Below are positions 43,854-50,958 of a DNA stretch of 51,340 nucleotides, one piece after another. The DNA lies in contig JACQFV010000067.1 in NCBI GenBank assembly GCA_016199865.1, forward strand, positions 1-51,340. The letters run 5' to 3'. Origin of the DNA: Candidatus Zixiibacteriota bacterium (lineage in GTDB: Bacteria > Zixibacteria > MSB-5A5 > WJJR01). The notes beneath the pieces are model-generated. The model searched no databases, had not been told where the DNA came from, and saw only the letters and a list, made by a program, of their open reading frames with translations. Made by a program: the position numbers and the translations under genes. How positions within the stretch are numbered: position 1 is the stretch's first letter; each line of letters starts with the position of its first letter.

Positions 43854-45745
43854 ACCGTTGGGATCAGAGAACGACGACCGTATCCAGATCAGAGGCGCCG
43901 CACCCGTTGGTCACCTTGGCGATGATCGTGTTGCACCCGGACCCAGCGGGTGTAAAGCAGATTTTGTTGGCGACCGTGTCGATACTGGCGTTCGCCGGTC
44001 CGGAGACGAGCGCTTCGGTCAGGGGTTGCGATCCGGACACGGTGTAGGTGACGCAAATCGCCGACGCCGCGCATTGGATCGCGTTTTGATCGGGCCCCAG
44101 ATCGATCGAAGGCGGCGTGCCTTGATTAATCGTGTAGACGATCGTATCGCGGTCTTCCGCGCCGCATGAATCCGTCACTTTGGCGATGATCGTGTAGGCG
44201 CCCGACCCCGACGGCGTGAAGCAGACCTTGTTGTTGAGAGTGTCGAGGAAGGCCGCGGGCGGACCGGACAACAGCAGTTCGCTCAGATGGCTCAGCCCGT
44301 TCGGATCGGAAATCGTATAGGACGCGCAGATCTGAACTGGCGTGCATTGCGTGAGGGTCGAATCGTGGCCGAAGGCGATGTCCGGCGGGGCGTTGAGCGT
44401 CACGCAAACGACGGTCGTGTCGTAGTCGTTCACCCCGCACGAATCGATCGCTTTGGCGATGATTGTCTGGCAACCGGAACCAGTGGGCGTAAAGCAAATC
44501 TTGTTGTTGAGCGTGTCAATGAACGCCCCCGATGGACCCGCGATCAGAAACTCGGACAGTTTGCCAAGACCGTTCGGATCGGAAACCGTGTACGGGCAGC
44601 AAATCTGTCCCGCCGTGCATTGGGCAATGTTCTTGTCGGCGCCCAGATCAATCGTCGGCGGGCCGTTGACTGTGACCGTGAAGTTGATCGTGTCGCGATC
44701 TTCGGCGCCGCAGGAATCGCTGACCTTGGCGATGATCGTGTAGATGCCGGAGATCGTCGGCGTAAAGCAGACCTTGTTATTGAGCGTGTCGAGGCGGGCC
44801 GCGGGCGGACCGGACAAAAGCATTTCGGTCAAATGGCCCAGCTCGTTCGGATCGGAAATCGTGTAAGGCGCGCAAATCTGAGACGGCGTGCACTGGACAA
44901 TCGTCGAATCATTGCCGAAGGCGATGTCCGGCGGTCCGTTCAAGGTCACATGGACGACGGACGTGTCGTAATCGGCCTGGTCGCACGGATCGATCACCCG
45001 AACGATGATCGAGTAATCACCTGATGCGGTCGGCGTGAAGCAGACCTTGTTGCCCGCGGTGTCGATAGACGCATTCGGTGGACCGGAAATCAGCGATTCG
45101 ATCAGTCCGTCCAGGCCATCGGGATCGGCGACGCTGTAGAAACAGCAGATCGGCGCCTGAGTGCATTGGGTGATCGTCTTGTCGGGCCCCAGATCGATCG
45201 TCGGCGGGTGATTGAGCAAGGCGTTGATTACGATGGTGTCGGAGTCGACGGCCCCGCAGTGATCGGTGACTGTCACGATCACCGTGTCCTTGCCCGAGAC
45301 TGTTGGGGTGAAGCAGACTTTATTGAGCGCCGTGTCGATGGTCGCACCCGGCGGGCCCCAGACCAGATACTCGGTCAGCCCGGCCAAACCGTCGGGATCG
45401 GAGACCGTGTACGGCAGACAGATCGGCACAGACGAGCACAGTACGAACGTCGTGTCGTTGCCCAGCGCGATATCCGGCTTCCGATTCAAGGTCACCGTCA
45501 CGTACATTGTGTCGCAACCCTGCAGGCCGCAGGCGTCGACCGCGCAGCAGATGATCTGGTAGACACCGGCGGTGTCCACCACGAAGCAAATCCTGCCGGA
45601 GGCGGGCATGAACCCGAACGGGATGAAGAAACTCATAATGTTGCCGTCGGGATCGGTCTCACTCCACGGGAACGTGCAGATCGTGTCTCCCTCACAGGCG
45701 GAGATCGCGAAATCCGGCGGCGCGAAGGTCACCGGTGGCCGGTTG
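41030..45745 (-). repeat. Array of 18 tandem coding modules (~95 aa each) spanning both ORFs of the split gene
   Basis: I counted the recurring core '..NK[VI]CFTPT.SG.YTIIAKVTDSCGA.D.DT.VV.VTLN.PP.I..G.D....QC....IC.PYTVSDPNG..KL.E.L.SGP': 7 in ORF 43864-46632 and 11 in ORF 39588-43853. An exact 31-nt identity links 41432-41462 and 44240-44270. Confidence 0.85.
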
Positions 45746-46632
45746 CCGCAGCACGGAGTATTGGCTTCGAATTTCTGGCACAGATTCGCCGACGAAAGGT
45801 TGGTGCACCGCTTGTTGGCATCCCCGTCGTTCGGGTCACAGGCGTTGTTGCCGGGGAGGGGGCAGGGGTCGGGCGGATCCTCGCCGCGGAATTTCGCCCG
45901 CAGCGTATAGGTGCCTGGCGCCAGAGGGATGGCGAGACGGTCGCAGGCCACTCCGAACGCGTCCGTGATCGCCGTGTCTTCTGCTACCTGACCGACGTTC
46001 GCACCACAATTGCCGGGATTGACGAAGAAGATGACTTCCCGTCCCGGCAGCGGCTGATCGGGATCGACATTGCACGATTGCGTCAGTGTGACGCAGACGT
46101 CGATCGAGTCGCCGGCGCTGCCGCACAGCGTGTCGCGGAGTGCCGAACTGAGCGTCAAATTCGTGTTGGCGCTCGTGAAGCCGGCCAGCCCCCACTCGCC
46201 GGATGCTGTGCCGGTGGCGGCAACCACGAGCGAGTCGTTGATGTACCCGGCCGGAATCACCCATTGTGTCGTGATGGCGCCATTCGGTGCGGCTACGGTC
46301 CACGCGTCCAGATTCTGACTGCCGGACTTGAGATTGGACTGGAGCGCAATGCGCAGCTTGACCGATTCACTGGGGGCGAACCCCGAGCCGGTGATCTGCA
46401 CCACTTGGCCCGGCGCATATCTGGCCTTGTCGGTCGCCAAGTTCGCAGTGCTGACGGGTGGATTCCCATCCACCGGATTTCCCGATCGGATGGCCGGGCG
46501 CCCCGGTGCCGCCCCCGCCGGCAGCGCGTACAATAGCGACGTCAAGAACAGGGCAACCGCACCGGCGGCATGGATTGACCAGCCCATCCACCGTTTGTTC
46601 CCCTTGGTAACGGCGACGTTCATGGAGATCAT
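43864..46632 (-). CDS. N-terminal 922-aa part of the split giant surface protein: signal peptide, ~300-aa N-terminal region, 7 Cys-rich modules; no sorting domain
   Basis: Signal/TM segment 'WMGWSIHAAGAVALFLTSLLYALPAGAAPG'. It ends abruptly inside a module ('..CGASDLDTVVVL*'). Confidence 0.85.
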   Translation of the reverse strand: MISMNVAVTKGNKRWMGWSIHAAGAVALFLTSLLYALPAGAAPGRPAIRSGNPVDGNPPVSTANLATDKARYAPGQVVQITGSGFAPSESVKLRIALQSNLKSGSQNLDAWTVAAPNGAITTQWVIPAGYINDSLVVAATGTASGEWGLAGFTSANTNLTLSSALRDTLCGSAGDSIDVCVTLTQSCNVDPDQPLPGREVIFFVNPGNCGANVGQVAEDTAITDAFGVACDRLAIPLAPGTYTLRAKFRGEDPPDPCPLPGNNACDPNDGDANKRCTNLSSANLCQKFEANTPCCGNRPPVTFAPPDFAISACEGDTICTFPWSETDPDGNIMSFFIPFGFMPASGRICFVVDTAGVYQIICCAVDACGLQGCDTMYVTVTLNRKPDIALGNDTTFVLCSSVPICLPYTVSDPDGLAGLTEYLVWGPPGATIDTALNKVCFTPTVSGKDTVIVTVTDHCGAVDSDTIVINALLNHPPTIDLGPDKTITQCTQAPICCFYSVADPDGLDGLIESLISGPPNASIDTAGNKVCFTPTASGDYSIIVRVIDPCDQADYDTSVVHVTLNGPPDIAFGNDSTIVQCTPSQICAPYTISDPNELGHLTEMLLSGPPAARLDTLNNKVCFTPTISGIYTIIAKVSDSCGAEDRDTINFTVTVNGPPTIDLGADKNIAQCTAGQICCPYTVSDPNGLGKLSEFLIAGPSGAFIDTLNNKICFTPTGSGCQTIIAKAIDSCGVNDYDTTVVCVTLNAPPDIAFGHDSTLTQCTPVQICASYTISDPNGLSHLSELLLSGPPAAFLDTLNNKVCFTPSGSGAYTIIAKVTDSCGAEDRDTIVYTINQGTPPSIDLGPDQNAIQCAASAICVTYTVSGSQPLTEALVSGPANASIDTVANKICFTPAGSGCNTIIAKVTNGCGASDLDTVVVL

Positions 46633-46975
46633 GCAGGCCTACCTCGTTTCACATCGTGGACGTTCACGCGGAGATCCTCACGCGTCTTCGTATCACCGCA
46701 CTCGTTCATCATGACGCCATGCTCCGTTGCAGACTTGGCGTCATCCTGACGCTATGCCATCCTTCAATTTGAAGAATGGACCGGCAAACCGTCCCGTTTG
46801 CCGTTATGGAAAACCCGTTGAAATTCCGCCTTGCGGGTACAATGGGACCCGTCGGGCCGACCTGCCCCGACGACTGCAAAAATACCTGTTTTTCGTTTCC
46901 TGTCAAGGAGTTATCCCCGGTTTCACAGAGCCGTAAACACCTGAATTCTTCCGCATTGTCAGCGATTCATCATTA

Positions 46976-47212
46976 TCACTTCAAAAGCAACATCTTGCGA
47001 CTGGCGGCGAATCCGCCCGCCTGAAGCCGGGCAAAATAGATTCCGCTTCCCAACGGCCCGCCATCGGCGTCATCTCCGTGCCACGATCTTCTTGGGACGC
47101 TCCCGCACCTTTCGCGAGGGGCGAGATTTGCGACTTGTCCAGCCGCCCTTTGAATGCAACCCGCGACGCGGGCCTTCCGACGGTTACCTGAGTTTGTCCT
47201 GAGCCAGGTCGT
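46976..47212 (-). pseudogene. Decayed remnant of a T9SS C-terminal sorting domain (no start codon, frame broken upstream)
   Basis: The minus-strand translation ends '..RRSWHGDDADGGPLGSGIYFARLQAGGFAASRKMLLLK*' (compare 'VRWDGRNDNGVQLASGIYLYRVQ..KKMTLLK'). This frame has an in-frame stop 78 codons upstream and no plausible initiator. Confidence 0.5.
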
Positions 47213-47669
47213 TCACGATTCGCCTGGCGACCAATCGTTCGGGGTACAGGGGTGGTGGGGAGGATTCTCCTTAATACTTTGATACTTGGGCGGTCAATCC
47301 GCTCAGGACACCTAATACTAACATGTAAGTGCCGAATTGTCAAGCACCATTCCGCCGGACCGCTCCCGTGAACAAAGTGCGCAACCGGCCGCAACAATCG
47401 GACTGGGGCCGGAGAGAGAACTCCACGGCCTCGTCCTTCCGAATCCACCAAGTGCTTTGATCCCATCACATTACTTCATGCCTCACTACGCACCACGCAC
47501 ACCCCTGGTGACCTAAAGTAATGCTTTAACGCAAACCCTGTACCGCCCCCAATTCACCGGCTCAACCGTTCAATGAATGACGATTTCTTCGCTGAGCTGT
47601 CCAAAAGTGAACTGATTCACATGCTAAATGCGACCTGACAGGCCTTCTTAACATACTCCAAGTCCATGT

Positions 47670-47683
47670 TATTCAATTGAATA
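47670..47683. promoter_or_regulatory. Perfect 14-bp palindrome TATTCAATTGAATA, 26 bp upstream of the sigma-54 -24 element (candidate regulator or IHF-type site)
   Basis: Read directly. It is A/T-rich within a GC-rich genome. Confidence 0.35.
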
Positions 47684-47709
47684 CGGAATCTCAAGCGCGT
47701 GCCGGCGGC

Positions 47710-47724
47710 TGGCACAGGCCTTGC
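47710..47724 (+). promoter_or_regulatory. Sigma-54 (-24/-12) promoter candidate TGGCAC-aggcc-TTGC
   Basis: It matches the TGGCAC-N5-TTGC consensus with correct GG-N10-GC spacing. It lies ~290 nt upstream of the HTH/kinase/NtrC genes, whose last member is a sigma-54 activator. Confidence 0.55.
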
Positions 47725-48016
47725 CGAATACAGGGTAACCAGCGGCGAGTCGTCCGCAAAAGATGTCGAAAATCGATGAGCGCCGTGGCGAAACGAGGGG
47801 CCAATTGGGTGAACAGGCCCGCATTGCTGGGCCCGCATCGACGCCTCCGGCGAACCCTTGGGGTCGGTGGCGTCAACGGATCAGGGCCGCGGCAAGAACC
47901 GCGGCCGGATTCCGACCGGAGCGGGACGGACGCATGAATAGCCGCCCGTGGCGATCTGACAATGAAACGATGTGCAGAATAACGAGGAATCCCAAACCGA
48001 ACACAGGGAGGAACAC

Positions 48017-48193
48017 ATGAATCGCAAAGAACGTCTGGAAATCGTGCGGCGCTACTGGTGGACCAACCGACAGATGCCCATGACGGAGATCGCCAGGTTG
48101 TCCGGCGTCTCCTTGCGGACGACCTACCGTGACGTCCACTCGGTCCTGTCGCGACCGATGAATTTTAGTGACTCGCTGTTGGCCAGGCAGTAG
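48017..48193 (+). CDS. Small (58-aa) helix-turn-helix protein
   Basis: The ATG at 48017 follows gggaggaa. 'MTEIARLSGVSLRTTYRDV' is a classic HTH. Confidence 0.6.
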   Translation: MNRKERLEIVRRYWWTNRQMPMTEIARLSGVSLRTTYRDVHSVLSRPMNFSDSLLARQ

Positions 48194-48337
48194 ACCAAAA
48201 TCGGGCCGTTGCCCGGATCGATCGGATCAACCCGACTCGATTCCGACATTGTCCCGCCGGCCGCCGTAGACCAGATTGCTGGTCGTGGCGGCCGGGTTCG
48301 TTATCCGCTCGAATCCCCACGCGTCCGCTGCAGGGCG

Positions 48338-49336
48338 ATGCCATCCTCGATTCCCATGTCCTTGGACCCGGGTCTGCGACGCCGGTTGTATTTGTTGCGG
48401 CTCCTGATCGTGCTGCCGGTCCTCGTTGCCGGTGGCTTTGCGTATTGGTCGTACAACTTGTTTCCCACCCCCAGCGGAGCGTCCGGCGTCTGGGGTGAAT
48501 GGCGGCTTTTCACTCTGTTGTTGCTGATTGGCCTTGTCGCGGCGGGAGCCGGCGTGGTTATGTCCCTGGTCAATCGTGTCGTGCGCGCCCTGGAGGACCG
48601 TGAAGCCGACTTGTCCACCTCGCAGCAGCAGTTGATCACCGCCGATCGCCTGGCCTCGGTCGGGATGATGGCGGCCTCGGTGGCGCACGAGGTCAACAAT
48701 CCTCTGACGACGATCAAAGTGCTCATCCATACGGTCCACGAAAAGTTGCCCAAGACCGATCCCCGGCGGGCGGATCTGGACATCGTGCTGACGGAAATCG
48801 ACAAGATCAAGGTCCTGATCCTGCGTCTCCTGCAGTTTGCCCGTCCGCGCGAGCCGGAGTTTTCCGCGGTCGATTTGAACAGTATATTATCGCGCGTGGT
48901 CGACTTGATCCGTCCGCAGGCGCAGGCCCAGAAATTGTCGGTGCGCGAGCGCTACACGCCGCTGTCGCCGTTGCGCGCCGACGGCCCCCTTCTCGGGCAG
49001 GCCATTCTCAACATCCTGCTCAATGCCCTCGACGCCACGCCCGCGGGCGGCACGATCCGGGTCTCGACCGACGGTGGCTCAGACGGCCTGATCCACGCCA
49101 CGATCCACAACACCGGTGACGGGCTGGCCGCGGGGTTGGAGGAGAGGGTCTTCGACCCATTTTTTACGACCAAGGCCGCCGGGACCGGGTTGGGATTGTC
49201 GATCGGCCGCATGATTGTCGACAAACACGCTGGGACCATCCGCGCGGTCGGACATGGCGCCAATGGCACCAGTTTCGAAATCTCACTCCCTTCCCAACCG
49301 GGTGACACTGGCGATGCCGCGCATCCTCATCGTTGA
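48338..49336 (+). CDS. Sensor histidine kinase (two TM helices with a short external loop, HisKA + HATPase_c)
   Basis: H-box 'SVAHEVNNPLTTI', N-box 'ILNILLNALDAT', G-boxes 'HNTGDGL' and 'GTGLGLSIGRMIV'. The start is uncertain (48338 or 48356; the listed 48209 is TTG). Confidence 0.88.
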   Translation: MPSSIPMSLDPGLRRRLYLLRLLIVLPVLVAGGFAYWSYNLFPTPSGASGVWGEWRLFTLLLLIGLVAAGAGVVMSLVNRVVRALEDREADLSTSQQQLITADRLASVGMMAASVAHEVNNPLTTIKVLIHTVHEKLPKTDPRRADLDIVLTEIDKIKVLILRLLQFARPREPEFSAVDLNSILSRVVDLIRPQAQAQKLSVRERYTPLSPLRADGPLLGQAILNILLNALDATPAGGTIRVSTDGGSDGLIHATIHNTGDGLAAGLEERVFDPFFTTKAAGTGLGLSIGRMIVDKHAGTIRAVGHGANGTSFEISLPSQPGDTGDAAHPHR

Positions 49337-50753
49337 CGATGACACCAATCTGCGCTTCGCGTTGAAGCGGATTCTCGCTTCCCGGGTCTACGACGTCGAC
49401 GAGGCCGGAACCGGGGAGGAGGCCCTGGCGATGATCGCCCGGCAGCCGTATGCCGTGGTCTTCCTCGATCTGCGCATGCCCGGCTTGTCTGGATTGGAAG
49501 TCTTGGATCGTCTCAGGAAGTTCGACAGCAAGGTCCCGGTGATCATCATGACCGCGTATGGCACCACCGACACCGCGATCGAGGCGGTCAAGCGCGGCGC
49601 GTATGATTTCATATTGAAACCCTTCGAAGTGGAAGACATCGAACGGCTGACCGAGCAGGCCGTGACGGCTTATCGGCTCATGACCCGCAGGGTCGATCTG
49701 CCCGCAGCCGACGATGCGCCGGCCGCGGCGGACAGCGATACACTGGTAGGACGATCGCGCGCGATGCAGGAGGTTTACAAGGAGATCGGCCGGGTGGCGA
49801 CTTCCGACGCGACCGTGCTGATCACCGGCCCCTCCGGCTCCGGCAAAGAACTGGTGGCGCGGGCGATCTATCATCATTCCCGCCGTTCCGACAAGCCCTT
49901 TCTGGCCGTCAACTGCGCCGCCATTCCCGAGGGGCTTCTGGAAAGCGATCTGTTCGGCCACGAGCGTGGCTCGTTCACCTCAGCCGAACACCGCCGTCTG
50001 GGGAAATTCGAGCGGGCCTCAGGCGGCACCTTGTTTCTCGACGAGATCGGCGACATGAGCGCGGTCACGCAGGCCAAGATTCTGCGCGTGCTGCAAAATG
50101 GCGTGATCGAACGCGTCGGCGGCGGCGAATCGATCCAGGTCGACGTGCGCATCATCGCCGCGACGCACCGCGACCTGCCGGCTCTGGTGCGGCAGGGGAC
50201 CTTCCGCGAGGATTTGTATTTCCGTCTTAATGTCTTCACCATCGCGCTGCCGTCTCTGGACCAGCGGCGTGAGGACATCCCGTTCTTGGCCCGCCACTTT
50301 GTCGAACGGGAAAGCCGCCGCACGGGGCACGGCCCGATCAACATCCTACCGGAGACACTGGAAAAACTCGCCGCCCACAATTGGCGCGGCAATGTCCGCG
50401 AATTGGAGAATGTCATCGAACGGGCTCTGATTGTTTCGACGGGCGCGACGTTGTTGCCCGAGTCCGTTCGTTTTGACGAATCCGGTTCACCCCCACCGGA
50501 GTCCGGCGACTCAGGCGACCAAGCAGCCCTGCTGGACACTCTGTTTACGCGCCTCGCAGCCCGGGCCGAACACGATCCCGCTGAGTCCATCCTCTCTGTA
50601 CTTGAGCACGAGATGCTGCTGCGCGCCCTCCGTTTCACCAAAGGGAATCAGGTCCACGCCGCCCGTTTGCTGGGCATCTCGCGGCAGACTCTCCGCAACC
50701 GTCTCGCCGACGAGGATTCCGGCGGCACGCCCCTGTCTGATGAGGGGATTTGA
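49314..50753 (+). CDS. Sigma-54-dependent response regulator (NtrC family: REC + AAA+ + Fis-type HTH)
   Basis: 'ILIVDDDTNLR..VFLDLRMPGLSG', Walker A 'GPSGSGKELVA', 'GSFTSA' at the GAFTGA position, 'FLDEIGDM', 'RVIAATHRDL', 'FREDLYFRLNV', and C-terminal 'GNQVHAARLLGISRQTLRNRL'. Confidence 0.93.
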   Translation: MPRILIVDDDTNLRFALKRILASRVYDVDEAGTGEEALAMIARQPYAVVFLDLRMPGLSGLEVLDRLRKFDSKVPVIIMTAYGTTDTAIEAVKRGAYDFILKPFEVEDIERLTEQAVTAYRLMTRRVDLPAADDAPAAADSDTLVGRSRAMQEVYKEIGRVATSDATVLITGPSGSGKELVARAIYHHSRRSDKPFLAVNCAAIPEGLLESDLFGHERGSFTSAEHRRLGKFERASGGTLFLDEIGDMSAVTQAKILRVLQNGVIERVGGGESIQVDVRIIAATHRDLPALVRQGTFREDLYFRLNVFTIALPSLDQRREDIPFLARHFVERESRRTGHGPINILPETLEKLAAHNWRGNVRELENVIERALIVSTGATLLPESVRFDESGSPPPESGDSGDQAALLDTLFTRLAARAEHDPAESILSVLEHEMLLRALRFTKGNQVHAARLLGISRQTLRNRLADEDSGGTPLSDEGI

Positions 50754-50821
50754 TGTTGCAATTGGAGAGGGATTATCTCCTTAATTCAGAAAATCTAACG
50801 GTATGAACGGAAACCACGAGA

Positions 50822-50924
50822 ACCCTCACCTCGAAGATCCCGCACAGCGGGGCCAGCCCTCCCTAAAAGGGAGAGGGGGCAAACTTTTCCCCTCTCCCCA
50901 TCGGGGGAGAGGGTAGGGTGAGGG
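50822..50924. repeat. Composite REP-like element of the ccctctcccc/ggggagaggg/gggtgaggg family
   Basis: It contains cccctctcccc-atc-gggggagaggg-ta-gggtgaggggg plus an inner ccctccct-aaaa-gggagaggg hairpin and an outer ccctcacc arm. It is related to 4982-5027. Confidence 0.8.
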
Positions 50925-50958
50925 GGAACCTGAATTACGGGGATGGAGGAATGACTCA

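Noticed and set aside
43853-43870. Programmed +1 frameshift at CTC-TGA, superficially like the prfB CUU-UGA site, might join the two giant ORFs.
   Set aside because: There is no Shine-Dalgarno-like stimulator upstream. CUC-decoding tRNA cannot re-pair on UCU. About 33 residues of the module are missing, which a frameshift would not restore. Deletion or assembly collapse explains the junction better.
41030-45745. The regular tandem repetition might be a CRISPR array or a satellite.
   Set aside because: The repeat period is ~285 nt of coding sequence with conserved protein motifs in one frame, and there is no short direct-repeat/spacer organisation.
39602-46536. Many long plus-strand ORFs lie opposite the giant gene (e.g. 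45166-46536 of 456 aa, 44287-45024, 42678-43475, 41550-42155, 40533-40949).
   Set aside because: They are all Arg/Gly/Asp/His-rich with no motifs. They are antisense to a frame with clear modular protein structure, which is typical of stop-codon-poor antisense frames in high-GC DNA.
46981-47469. A 162-aa minus-strand ORF.
   Set aside because: Its sequence is Arg/Pro/Gly-rich and non-protein-like, and it is out of frame with the recognisable T9SS CTD remnant that it overlaps. It is probably a by-product of a decayed gene.
47763-48020. An 85-aa plus-strand ORF lies between the sigma-54 promoter and the HTH gene.
   Set aside because: It is Arg-rich with low complexity, has no RBS, and ends by overlapping the better-supported start at 48017. 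I treat it as leader sequence.
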